DNA of 64,000 bases. Source: Ranitomeya imitator. Taxonomy: Eukaryota. This document shows, piece by piece, positions 9,846-23,000 of the stretch. Numbering within the stretch: position 1 is the first letter of the stretch; the number at the start of each line of letters is the position of its first letter. The translations under genes and the position numbers were made by a program. The notes beneath the pieces were generated by a model. It saw only the letters and a program-made list of their open reading frames with translations. It had not been told where the DNA came from and searched no databases. The stretch covers positions 752,494,001 through 752,558,000 of the forward strand of contig NC_091282.1 of the NCBI RefSeq assembly GCF_032444005.1, written 5' to 3'.

Positions 9846-12800
9846 GGCCACACCCTTATTACATCACCATTCAGAGCATGCTGTTGCTAGCTGCGCCCGC
9901 CTCCAGTGCTGGACTGGCCACACCCTTATTACACCATTCAGAGCATCCTGTTGCTAGTTGAGCCCGCCTCCAGTGCTGAACTGGCCACACACTTATTACA
10001 TCACCATTCAGAGCATGCTGTTGCTAGCGGAGCCCGCCTACAGTGCTGGACTGGCCACACCCTTATTACATCACCATTCAGAGCATGCTGTTGCAAGTTG
10101 AGCCCACCTACAGTGCTGGACTGGCTACACCCTTATTACATCACCATTCAGAGCATGCTGTTGCTAGCTGAGCCCGCCTACAGTGCTGGACTGGCCACAC
10201 CCTTATTACATCACCATTCAGAGCATGCTGTTGCTAGCTGAGCCCGCCTACAGTGCTGGACTGGCCACACCCTTATTATATCACCATTCAGAGCATGCTG
10301 TTGCTAGCTGAGCCCGCCTACAGTGCTGGACTGGCCACACCCTTATTACATCACCATTCAGAGCATACTGTTGCTAGCTGAGCCCGCCTACAGTGTGGAC
10401 TGGCCACACCCTTATTATATCACCATTGAGAGCATGCTGTTGCTAGCTGAACCCGCCTACAGTGCTGGACTGGCCACACCCTTATTACATCACCATTCAG
10501 AGCATGCTGTTGCTAGCTGAGCCCCCTACAGTGCTGGACTGGCCACACTCTTATTACATCACCATTCAGAGCATGCTGTTGCTAGTTGAGCCCTCCTACA
10601 GTGCTGGACTGGCCACACTCTTATTACATCACCATTCAGAGCATGCTGTTGCTAGCTGAGCCCGCCTACAGTGCTGGACTGGCCACACCCTTATTACATC
10701 ACCATTCAGAGCATGCTGTTGCTAGCTGAGCCCGCCTACAGTGCTGGACTGGCCACACCCTTATTATATCACCATTCAGAGCATGCTGTTGCTAGCTGAG
10801 CCCGCCTACAGTGCTGGACTGGCCACACCCTCAGTACATCACCATTTAGAGCATGCTGTTGCTAGTTGAGCCCCCTACAGTGCTGGACTGGCCGCACCCT
10901 TATTATATCACCATTCAGAGCATGCTGTTGCTAGCTAAGCCTGCCTACAGTGCTGGACTGGCCACACCCTTATTACACCATTCAGAGCATCCTGTTGCTA
11001 GTTGAGCCCGCCTCCAGTGCTGAACTGGCCACACCCTTATTACATCACCATTCAGAGCATGCTGTTGCTAGCGGAGCCCGCCTACAGTGCTGGACTGGCC
11101 ACACCCTTATTACATCACCATTCAGAGCTTGCTGTTGCTAGCTGAGCCCGCCTACAGTGCTGGACTGGCCACACCCTTATTACATCACTATTCAGAGCAT
11201 GCTGTTGCTAGTTATGCACCGCCTACAGTGCTGGACTGGCCACACCCTTATTATATCACCATTCAGAGCATGCTGTTGCTAGCTGAGCCCTCTACAGTGC
11301 TGGACTGGCCACACTCTTATTACATCACCATTCAGAGCATGCTGTTGCTAGTTGAGCCCTCCTACAGTGCCGGACTGGCCACACCCTTATTACATCACCA
11401 TTCAGAGCATGCTATTGCTAGTTGAGCCCGCCTACATTTCTGGACTGGCCACACCCTTATTACATCACCATTCAGAGCATATTGTTGCTAGCTGAGCCCG
11501 CCTACAGTGCTGGACTGACCACACCCTTATTACATCACCATTCAGAGCATTCTGTTGCTAGCTGAGCCCGCCTACAGTGCTGGACTGACCACACCCTTAT
11601 TACATCACCATTCAGAGCATGCTGTTGCTAGCTGAGCCCCCTAGAGTGCTGGACTGGCCACACTCTTATTACATCATTATTCAGAGCATGCTGTTGCTAG
11701 CTGAGCCCCCTACAGTGTTGGACTGGCCACACCCTTATTACATCACCATTCAGAGCATGCTGTTGCTAGCTGAGTTCCCTACAGTGCTGGACTGGCCACA
11801 CCCTTATTACATCACCATTCAGAGCATACTGTTGCTAGCTGAGACCCCTACAGTGCTGGACTGGCCACACCCTTATTACATCACCATTCAGAGCATACTG
11901 TTGCTAGCTGAGCCCCCTACAGTGCTGGACTGGCCACATTCTTATTACATCACCATTCAGAGCATGCTGTTGCTAGCTGAGCCCCCTACAGTGCTGGACT
12001 GGCCACATTCTTATTACATCACCATTCAGAGCATGCTGTTGCTAGCTGAGCCCGCCTACAGTGTTGGACTGGCCACACCCTTATTACATTACCATTCAGA
12101 GCATCCTGTTGCTAGCTGAGTTCCCTACAGTGCTGGACTGGCCACACCCTTATTACATCACCATTCAGAGCATACTGTTGCTAGCTGAGCCCCCTACAGT
12201 GCTGGACTGGCCACATTCTTATTACATCACCATTCAGAGCATGCTGTTGCTAGCTGAGCCCCCTACAGTGCTGGACTGGCCACACCCTTATTACATCACC
12301 ATTCAGAGCATACTGTTGCTAGCTGAGCCCCCTACAGTGCTGGACTGGCCACATTCTTATTACATCACCATTCAGAGCATGCTGTTGCTAGCTGAGCCCG
12401 CCTACAGTGTTGGACTGGCCACACCCTTATTACATTACCATTCAGAGCATCCTGTTGCTAGCTGAGTTCCCTACAGTGCTGGACTGGCCACACCCTTATT
12501 ACATCACCATTCAGAGCATGCTGTTGCTAGCTGAGTTCCCTACAGTGCTGGACTGGCCACACCCTTATTACATCACCATTCAGAGCATACTGTTGCTAGC
12601 TGAGACCCCTACAGTGCTGGACTGGCCACACCCTTATTACATCACCATTCAGAGCATACTGTTGCTAGCTGAGCCCCCTACAGTGCTGGACTGGCCACAC
12701 CCTTATTACATCACCATTCAGAGCATACTGTTGCTAGCTGAGCCCCCTACAGTGCTGGACTGGCCACATTCTTATTACATCACCATTCAGAGCATGCTGT

Positions 12801-14609
12801 TGCTAGCCGAGCCCCCTACAGTGCTGGACTGGCCACATTCTTATTACATCACCATTCAGAGCATGCTGTTGCTAGCTGAGCCCGCCTACAGTGTTGGACT
12901 GGCCACACCCTTATTACATTACCATTCAGAGCATCCTGTTGCTAGCTGAGCCCCCTACAGTGCTGGACTGGCCACACCCTTATTACATCACCATTCATAG
13001 CATACTGTTGCTAGCTGAGCCCCCTACAGTGTTGGACTGGCCACACCCTTATTACATTACCATTCAGAGCATCCTGTTGCTAGTTGAGCCCCCTACAGTG
13101 CTGGACTGGCCACACCCTTATTACATCACCATTCAGAGCATACTGTTGCTAGCTGAGTTCCCTACAGTGCTGGACTGGCCACACCCTTATTACATCACCA
13201 TTCAGAGCATGCTGTTGCTAGCTGAGTTCCCTACAGTGCTGGACTGGCCACACCCTTATTACATCACCATTCAGAGCATACTGTTGCTAGCTGAGACCCC
13301 TACAGTGCTGGACTGGCCACACCCTTATTACATCACCATTCAGAGCATACTGTTGCTAGCTGAGCCCCCTACAGTGCTGGACTGGCCACACCCTTATTAC
13401 ATCACCATTCAGAGCATACTGTTGCTAGCTGAGCCCCCTACAGTGCTGGACTGGCCACATTCTTATTACATCACCATTCAGAGCATGCTGTTGCTAGCCG
13501 AGCCCCCTACAGTGCTGGACTGGCCACATTCTTATTACATCACCATTCAGAGCATGCTGTTGCTAGCTGAGCCCGCCTACAGTGTTGGACTGGCCACACC
13601 CTTATTACATTACCATTCAGAGCATCCTGTTGCTAGTTGAGCCCCCTACAGTGCTGGACTGGCCACACCCTTATTACATCACCATTCATAGCATACTGTT
13701 GCTAGCTGAGCCCCCTACAGTGTTGGACTGGCCACACCCTTATTACATTACCATTCAGAGCATCCTGTTGCTAGTTGAGCCCCCTACAGTGCTGGACTGG
13801 CCACACCCTTATTACATCACCATTCAGAGCATACTGTTGCTAGCTGAGTTCCCTACAGTGCTGGACTGGCCACACCCTTATTACATCACCATTCAGAGCA
13901 TACTGTTGCTAGCTGAGACCCCTACAGTGCTGGACTGGCCACACCCTTATTACATCACCATTCAGAGCATACTGTTGCTAGCTGAGCCCCCTACAGTGCT
14001 GGACTGGCCACATTCTTATTACATCACCATTCAGAGCATGCTGTTGCTAGCTGAGCCCCCTACAGTGCTGGACTGGCCACATTCTTATTACATCACCATT
14101 CAGAGCATGCTGTTGCTAGCTGAGCCCCCTACAGTGCTGGACTGGCCACACCCTTATTACATCACCATTCATAGCATACTGTTGCCAGCTGAGCCCCCTA
14201 CAGTGCTGGACTGGCCACACCCTTATTACATCACCATTCATAGCATGCTGTTGCTAGCTGAGCCCCCTACAGTGCTGGACTGGCCACACCCTTATTACAT
14301 TACCATTCAGAGCATACTGTTGCTAGCTGAGCCCCCTACAGTGCTGGACTGGCCACACCCTTATTACATCACCATTCATAGCATACTGTTGCTAGCTGAG
14401 CCCCCTACAGTGCTGGACTGGCCACACCCTTATTACATCACCATTCATAGCATACTGTTGCTAGCTGAGCCCCCTACAGTGCTGGACTGGCCACACCCTT
14501 ATTACATCACCATTCATAGCATACTGTTGCTAGCTGAGCCCCCTACAGTGCTGGACTGGCCACATTCTTATTACATCACCATTCATAGCATACTGTTGCT
14601 AGCTGAGCC
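9846..14609. repeat. 69/70-bp tandem minisatellite, roughly 68-69 copies
   Basis: Unit CCACACCCTTATTACATCACCATTCAGAGCATGCTGTTGCTAGCTGAGCCC(G)CCTACAGTGCTGGACTGG. Confidence 0.97.
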
Positions 14610-16598
14610 GGCCTCCTGCTTCCAGGGCTGTGCTTGATTGACAGGTAGTTTGTCGCAGCACAGACCAGAAATCTTTACTTCTTTCAACAGTCCAGAGGAA
14701 AGAGCTGGTGGTCACATGACTACATGCGATCTCGCAGGAACAGAGCAGAACTCCTAACAGCATGTAAATTATGAAGTTTCCTTATTGCTCACACGCTTTA
14801 CAATGGTGAAATAAACCACATTAATACCCCCATACACAATAAAGTGACTGAAACCCATCCCTAATATGGACGTGCTTTTGACTCTTTCCCCTGGAAATAT
14901 GATGTCAGGGGATAGGAGCATCGGGCATGGTGATCCATTTGGTTTTTAGATAGATTAGCGGAGGAATCTGGTAGCTGCTAACTCCACTCTCCCCATTGAG
15001 AACATGAACAGCATTTCTCCCTGATGTTTGGGCACATGTCTGCATGAAACTTTTAGCATGAGGTAGCGTCTTCCACCCTGATGAAGATGTCGGTTGGTGG
15101 AGGGATGACTAAATCGAATAGCAGGAGCACCTAAGGAAAGACTGCATCATGGCTGTCACACACCATCTTCCCACCTCGGTTCTACAGAAACAGACTTGTG
15201 GTGCTCCATACAGGGTCAGCCCCACTATGGGGGGGGGGGGTCTGCGGCTGCTGGTGCACGATTATGCTCATTATTTCATTTGCATCGGTTATGATACATC
15301 TCCCCCATAAAGTGATGCTTGCTCCAAACGTAATCCTCCCCATATATTTCATTACGCAGTAATGAGAGCGAACGCCTGGAGACCACTGCGGTTTTATCCT
15401 GCTGGTAAAATTTAATTTTCAAGCTACAGCAAGTATGAGTCTTAAAATATAAAGCTCTGACAGGAGATCACAGAATATTCAATGTCTTTACACTCGGCTG
15501 ATGGAGAAGAATGTGGATTTCATGCACAAGTTGCATAGTAACAGTAACAAAAACAAAACAACAAAATAGTCTGCAGCACATTTATAAATAATAGCTATAA
15601 AGCATGAGCTGTGGAATCCCCTTTATGTAAATGGAGGGAACATTTCCTCGAAGAAAAACAAGCTTCACAGTAAGTGGAAGGTGAATCTTAAAAGGATTTT
15701 TGCTTTATACAATGCAGAGTATTCGTCTTGAATAGAGGGTGGTCAGACCGTTCATCACCCTAGTCAACGAAGATCTTTTCTCCCTTTGGAGAACCTGATG
15801 CTGTGTGCTTGACATGGAATCATGTAATGCTCCTTTTCCTCTGTGGTGGCGCTGCATACAAAAAATAGAAAACACTCGCTGCTTTATCTCCCTGGAGGAG
15901 AGCCGATCGCAGAGGGTCACAGTAGTGGGATCTGTACACTATTAAGATTGTTCAAAGCAAGAGAACGACGTAAAAAAGAAATGAAAAGTCACTTCTAAGG
16001 GAGTCCTTTAGATTAAATGGCATTGGTGTTCTTCCACCACAAGTGACACTTACTAGAAAGCTGAAGTACAGGATGCCACAACACCCTTGTTAGTACTTCC
16101 GCTAAAGGGGTATTCCAACCTGCTAAAGTCCAGGCATATTGCCTGAGAATGAAGGGACCACAAATGATGGGTTTAGCACTGCATCCCAACTACTGCACAG
16201 CCCCATTTGGGTCAGTGGGGTTCTGCTGCAGTCTCCTACACAACTGTTGACTAAGAAAATTTAGAAGATGCTGTGCTAAAATAGCTCTGTAGCCTCTCCA
16301 TTTTTAAAAGATAGATTCAAACAGAAATAACCTAGCCAGGGAGTGTTGCTGTTCCTTTACTCTGCTAATTTGGGGTCCGGCGGTAGGAATCCTACCGATC
16401 ACACACCACTTCTTCTTTAAAAGGTGTCTACAGATGCTGCTGGCACTTCAGCAGGAGATCTAAGGGATTGGCAACCAAATTCAGTCCCCTCATCCCCCCT
16501 TTCCCACTGGCACCTTGGAGGACCCTTAGTTTGACATGTCCCTATTAAAGGTGGTCTTTCTGTCAGATTCTCTTATACTTCATCCACAATTCACATTT

Positions 16599-19500
16599 TT
16601 AGCTCAGGGACCCATTGATATTAGTCAGCATGGCACACACAGCCCATAACTGATTGGCTATGCCAGCTAAAGCGTATGGCAAAACATTATCGAACAGGTG
16701 ATACTGGCGGACCCGCTCTATGTCTTGGTTAATGCATATTCTTAGAGCAATAGAATTAATGTCTTTGTCGAGTCCAGACGCTTCCTTATTAGCCTTCCCC
16801 ATGTGGGCTTCGCACATCGTCAGCTCCTCCAGGCCGTAACGTTCATCCTTAATAACAATCTCTTGACTTTTGCCAGAGTCTCTTATTTCCGCTCCAGTGT
16901 GATCTACAGGACCCTCGTCTCCCATGTTTTCCGTGGTGGTCACCACCTCCTCCACTAATTTCTCCTCTGTCACAACTTCCTCAACCACATCCATCTCTCC
17001 AGCAGACTGCTCAAGTTCCACAACTTCATCTTCTACTCCCGTTGAGGTCACCACCAAGGTCTCCTGCCCCTCTTCGTTGGTGGACGCAAGGATGAACATG
17101 GCGTTCTGTTCGGTTGGCGGCTGGTTTAACATGACTGTTGCATCTTGGCACTCCCTAGGGAGGGTGGCGGTCGTAATAATGGGAGGGATGACCACAGAGG
17201 CACCAACGGATTCCACCAAATCTTGGATGAGGAAATCCTTCTCAGTGACCACCCAATCTCCAGATTCCAGTAATTCCAAGATGCCAGACGACTTAATAAT
17301 CTCTCTCTTTGATGCACTCCCGGAATAGAGTGGGCTTATAAATATGACAGCTCCGTGAGGGGCTATGCCAAGCAAGCCTTTGTAAATGGCACGGTTATAA
17401 GATATTGGAGAACGTAAGCTTTCCGTGTTGCTTGTCTGCACCTTAACTTCTGCACAATGTAAAGTCACTCGGGCACGTGGGTATGAAGCCTTAAAACATT
17501 CTGGTACCTCCTGGCAACCAGTTTCCCGACTTCGCCAAAGGGGTATTTCACTAAGGACCAGATACAAATAGTGTGCCCACGTGATAACAATCCTGGCAAC
17601 TCTGGTCTGAGAGATCTTGAACCGAACAGCTAGATCTTGATCATGGAATCCCTGACGGACTTTGCATAAAAATAAGAAAAACTGGTCGATCTGCGGCATG
17701 GCCTCCGATTCTGCTGACATCTCCTTGTTGATGGTCATATTCCCTTCCTCTTGGCATTGCCTCCACTTTTCCAAGCTGCCCTCTGTGTCAGTCAGGGTTG
17801 AGAAAACTACTTTTAAAGTGGAATAATTCTTAAATCCAGTATAAAAGTGGATAAGGCTCGAGTCTGTGGAAAACCGATCCAGAAAGAAGAGATTCTTCTC
17901 CAGGGCAGCGTTGCGTTGCTGTAATCTGGCAATCTCCTCACGGGCTGCGTGCAGCATTTCCGTATCGGTCATGGGTGGTAAGTCGTAGCAGTGGTCCATT
18001 ATGGAAGCCGTCATCTCTAGCGGTTGGGAGGATTTATAGTTTTGTACTTGGGGTTGTGAAGGCAAAATGGGTTGAAGCATGTTTTTACTGCTCCTGGCGA
18101 CATGATAGAAACAAAGAAGAAAGACATCAGTTTCATCACAACGCTAACACTTTGCCATAACTACACGTGGAAATGGAGTCCATATGACACATGCACTTGG
18201 GTCTAACACCTTCCTAACATTGGACGTACTGATAAATCCACTGTTGGGTGCCCGAGCATAATGTGGGCACATTGGCTGCACCCAAACAATATCTGGAAGA
18301 TGCTGGCTATGCTACACAGCCAGCATCTGCCTCTAACAGCAGTGAGTGGAGCGAGTATACACCTTGTCGCGGTGGGACAGCTTTAAGCATTTTTTTTTAT
18401 TCATCAAAAACAGTGTTTACCAAGTACCCTATGTTAATTATTTAATGCAATTGCTTTTTTACTTTTTTATTTTCATTAGGGTATATGCACACATTGCTAT
18501 TTTTTTCATTTTGTGCATGATGTCAAGTCATATGCCGGCTCAGTTTTTTGTTTTTCTGTGATTCTTATTAGGGTAGAACTTATCTTGGGAATAATTCCCT
18601 AAAAGGATTTGTTGGCACACAGGTTGATAAATGGCCGAATAAGGGTTCACAAGAACGCTCCTGCCTGATCACTGGCCTGTATGAAAATGGTATGAATCCG
18701 CTGACAATCTTTTACGTGGCCTAAACATGCACGCGGCACATCTCGTGAGATTGGGGGATGATGTGCTAAAGATATGGGGGTCTATTAAGTATTTTAACAA
18801 TAAGGCTTCCGTCACACTAGCAGTATTTGGTCAGTATTTTACATCAGTATTTGTAAGCCAAAACCAGGAGTGGAACAATTAGAGGAAAAGTATAATAGAA
18901 ACATATGCACCACTTCTGCATTTATCACCCACTCCTGGTTTTGGCTTACAAATACTGATGTAAAATACTGACCAAATACTGCTAGTGTGACGGCAGCCTT
19001 ACTTGACCCCCGTCTGCAACAATGAGGCCTGTAAGCGGCTCAATGCACCCATGACTGGTAGGAACTTGACGGTGCAAATGGGTTTTAGCACGATTACTGG
19101 GATTACCCCGGTAGTGCCACATAGTTTTTGATGTGCGCTCTGGAATATGAGGGATAATAAATATTAATTTAACAAAATTTATATTCACATTTTCCAGTTA
19201 ATTAATAAGTCGAGTAAGAAGTGCACAGGCAGTCATACTGTTACCCAGCTTTAAGAGGGAAAGGCAAAGTTGGCTACAGTCTTCTCAGAAAGAAAACCCT
19301 TGTGCTTTATTAAAGGGGAAGTCCAGAATTTGAAAAAAATAAAAAAATGGCAGCTTTCTATCAGAAACAGCACCACCTCTGACCATGGACTGTGTCAGCA
19401 GCTGCACTCCATCCACTTCAACTGGGTTCAACTCCAATACCACACAACAACCCATGGACCCATGGTCGACGGGGTGACGCTGGTTTTTGAAAGAAAAACA

Positions 19501-21351
19501 GACATTTTCTAGACCTCAACAACCACTTTAAGGCATTTGGATATCTTAAACTATGTTCACTTCTCATTTTTGGCTGTTCCCTTACAGTGTGTCCTTTCGT
19601 CTCTATGCCCCCATCTTTGGCCAATAGAATCATTTTGCCTCTGTCCCTTTGCTTTTCTCTGAAAAAAATGACCTATACTGCATAAGTGTTGGCCAATCTA
19701 CGGTGTGCCCCTAAATGTCTTTACAGAAGCATATGGCAGAGATATGCAGTGGGGAACATTGCTGATATTTGTCAAAAATAGCCAAAAACAAGAGGCAAAA
19801 AGTCTTCGAGGAGCACCCTGTCTGCCGTACATGATAAGAGCAGCTACAGCAGGATTCGGCTCAGCCTGGACATATATTAAATGTTCACCCAATCATATAG
19901 CACATAAGGCTACAATTTACCCTGATTTCCTCTTTGGGACAGACATCTGCTCCTGGGTCATGTCTTCTGTGGACCACTGGAAAATGCACGGCACGCTGTA
20001 CGGCTGGAGATTCCTTTTTCCTGTTAATGTTCTCATAAAATCAGACGGGAGAAAATGTTTGGAGCAAACTCTGGTGCAGCTGGAGACCTGAAATGAGAAG
20101 ACAAGAACGCTTGCAAGGAGTCAGAAAATACGGCAACGTCAGTCAGATTACATAAAATCAATGACACTAGAAGAAAACGGTTGTATGGGTCGGGTATAAG
20201 ATATGAGGAGAAATCATAGACTGAAAAATCTAGTCTAGATAAGAAAGTTCTGTATAAGTAATTCACCCCTCCATGACGGCAAATATTTATGCTTTTCTTC
20301 TTTTAACAGGTGGTTCGCCTGTCGCTCTGGGGGGTCCTTCTGTCTCTTGGGGTGGGTGCCTGTCGCTCTGGGGAGGGGGCTTCCACCTGTCGCTTGGAGG
20401 ATCCTCCTGTCCCTCTGAAAAAGGGGGAGGGCGTCCGCCTGTCCCTCTGAAAAAGGGGGAGGGCGTCCGCCTGTCCCTCTGAAAAAGGGGGAGGGCGTCC
20501 GCCTGTCCCTCTGAAAAAGGGGGAGGGCGTCCGCCTGTCCCTCTGAAAAAGGGGGAGGGCGTCCGCCTGTCCCTCTGAAAAAGGGGGAGGGCGTCCGCCT
20601 GTCCCTCTGAAAAAGGGGGAGGGCGTCCGCCTGTCCCTCTGAAAAAGGCGAGGGAATCCGTTCTGTATAAGTAATTCACCCCTTCATGACGGCAAATATT
20701 TATGCTTTTCTTCTTTTAACAGGTGGTTCGCCTGTCGCTCTGGGGGGTCCTTCTGTCTCTTGGGGTGGGTGCCTGTCGCTCTGGGGAGGGGGCTTCCACC
20801 TGTCGCTTGGAGGATTCTCCTGTCCCTCTGAAAAAGGGGGAGGGCGTCCGCCTGTCCCTCTGAAAAAGGGGGAGGGCGTCCGCCTGTCCCTCTGAAAAAG
20901 GGGGAGGGCGTCCGCCTGTCCCTCTGAAAAAGGGGGAGGGCGTCCACCTGTCCCTCTGAAAAAGGCGGAGGGAGTCCGCCTGTCCCTCTGAAAAAGGCGA
21001 GGGCGTCCGCCTGTCCCTCTGAAAAAGGCGAGGGCGTTCGCTTGTCCCTCTGAAAGAGGCGAAGGCGTCCGCCTGTACCTCTGGAAAGGGGAGGGCGTCC
21101 GCCAGTCACCCTGGGCGTCCACCGCAGACTGTTATATTCCGCTTCATAAGCCGGATATTATACGATATAACTGACGTTCTGGCAATCACCTTAAAGCTGG
21201 GCCCCGGCTCCCGGCGGATGCGGCTCAGCCAGTCCCGGTGTCTCTGCGGCTCCACATGGAAGGCCGGGATCCTGTGGAATGAGATCTTCTTATCGGCATT
21301 GTACCTGGAGTCACTGTTACAGAGGGGGACACAGCAGTGATAGGCAGCCAT
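16599..21351 (-). CDS. THAP-domain + DDE_Tnp_4 (ISL2EU/PIF-Harbinger-like) transposase-derived protein, 607 aa, 3 coding exons
   Basis: Exons 21351-21190, 20087-19921 and 18093-16599 have GT-AG boundaries and splice in frame. THAP C2CH signature: CCVPLC...FHRIP...W...VCSKHF...VPCIF. Also HTH_Tnp_4-like FFLFLCKVRQG..QDLAVRFKIS and DDE-region motifs with substituted catalytic residues. Confidence 0.85.
18804..18998. mobile_element. MITE (Tourist/Harbinger-like) in intron 2 of the THAP-DDE gene
   Basis: Long TIRs GGCTTCCGTCACACTAGCAGTATTTGGTCAGTATTTTACATCAG... and their inverse, flanked by TAA/TTA. Confidence 0.85.
20243..21120. repeat. 413-bp tandem duplication containing a 32-bp minisatellite
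   Basis: Identical ORF starts at 20273 and 20686 give a 413-bp period. Inner unit CCTGTCCCTCTGAAAAAGGGGGAGGGCGTCCG. Confidence 0.92.
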
Positions 21352-21700
21352 GTGGGGAGCATCAGCCTACAGCATGCCGGGCCCTAGGTTGCCGATTCTC
21401 TGCTCTAACGCCTGCTGCCCACCACCTGGCACTGCCCTCCTCTCACTACCAGACCCGGGCACCTTCCTTCTTTAGCCTTTTTAAACTTGCTCGTCTACGC
21501 AGCACCATACAATTCCACGCATGCGCGTTGTAGTCCCTTTCGGGACGCCTGCGTAGTCAGTCTGAACGCGGTTTCCTGAAAAAAATGCGCATGCCCGGTT
21601 GTCCTTACGTCAGCGGACGGGGAAAGATGACGTCCACACACCCGGAAGTGGTGTTTGTCAGTCTTCCTTGCATGGTTTTCCTCGCTGGTAGTCGGTGCCG
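21352..21700. promoter_or_regulatory. CpG-rich bidirectional promoter (THAP-DDE gene / FAU)
   Basis: NRF1-like GCGCATGC at 21518-21526 and 21586-21594, CRE-like TTACGTCA at 21605-21612, ETS CCGGAAGT at 21642-21649, and a pyrimidine tract CTTCCTT at about 21663 (possible 5'TOP start). No other CpG-rich promoter is seen before FAU exon 2. Confidence 0.65.
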
Positions 21701-23000
21701 GAGGTGCGGTAACTAGCGGCGATAGTCGGAGACTTGCGCTCTGCTTGTTTATGAACATGTATAGCTTTTGCTTTAATTAAGTAGTTGAAAAAAACTTTTT
21801 TTTTTCTGTTTACAACCGCTTGTGACGCCATTTTCCGAAGCCCACCACATTCATTCGTCGGAGTGGTGTCAGGGATTGGATTTTGTGTTCTGAGTTGTGT
21901 TTTTACTGTTGCCATCTTGCGGTACATACAATGTTTTTACCGCCTTTTATTGCAGCCGCCAAAAAGCCACAGTTCTGTCATTTTGATTTTCCTTTTCGGA
22001 TTAATTTATTTCATATTTTGATAGATCAGACTTCTAGGAAAGCAGCGATACCAAATGTTTTTTTTTTCATTTCTTAATTTTTTAATGGGGGTGGGGGGTA
22101 GAAGTGCGGTGATTTGAACTTTAACCCCTTTACCCCCAAGGGTGGTTTGCACGTTAATGACCGGGCCAATTTTTACAATTCTGACCACTGTCCCTTTATG
22201 AGGTTATAACTCCGAAACGCTTCAACGGATCCTGGTGATTCTGACATTGTTTTCTCGTGACATATTGTACTTCATGATAGTGGTAAAATTTTTTTGATAG
22301 TACCTGCGTTTATTTGTGAAAAAAACGGAAATTTGGCGAAAATTTTGAAAATTTCGCAATTTTCAAACTTTGAATTTTTATGCAATTAAATCACAGAGAT
22401 ATGTCACACAAAATACTTAATAAGTAACATTTCCCACATGTCTCCTTTACATCAGCATAATTTTGGAAACAATTTTTTTTTTTGTTAGGGAGTTATAAGG
22501 GTTAAAAGTTGACCAGCAATTTCTCATTTTTACAACACCATTTTTTTTTAGGGACCACGTCTCATTTGAAGTCATTTTGAGGGGTCTATATGATAGAAAA
22601 TGCCCAAGTGTGACACCATTCTAAAAACTGCACCCCTCAAGGTACTCAAAACCACATTCAAGAAGTTTATTAACCCTTCAGGTGTTTAATAGGAATTTTT
22701 GGAATGTTTAAATAAAAATGATACATACATGCTAGCCACCTTAGGGAGAGACCCAAGTTGGGCTAAATGTAGCGGGACGAAAGAGACCGAAAAGCCCTCT
22801 ACTTAAAGGAAATACATAGTGGATGCTTTCCTGAAACGGAAAGTACTTGCAAGCAGCATAATACAAAGAATAGCAGGTTTACCCAGAATCCTTTGCAGTA
22901 GGCGGAGCTATGCAAATCATCTCTTTCCACCCCTGTCTAATCCACAGCGCTTGGAATCGCCAAGCGTGCAATGCTGCGGATTAGTTTCTAAATTTACACA

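Noticed and set aside
9906-14637. Long repetitive ORFs (e.g. 351 aa LDWPHPYYITIQS...) and a CRISPR-like look
   Set aside because: They are translations of a 69-bp (multiple of 3) minisatellite. There are no unique spacers and no cas genes, and the locus is eukaryotic.
15075-15110. CTGATGAAG at about 15080 (also CTGATGAGG at about 52979)
   Set aside because: No stem II followed by GAAA and no NUH site, so not a hammerhead.
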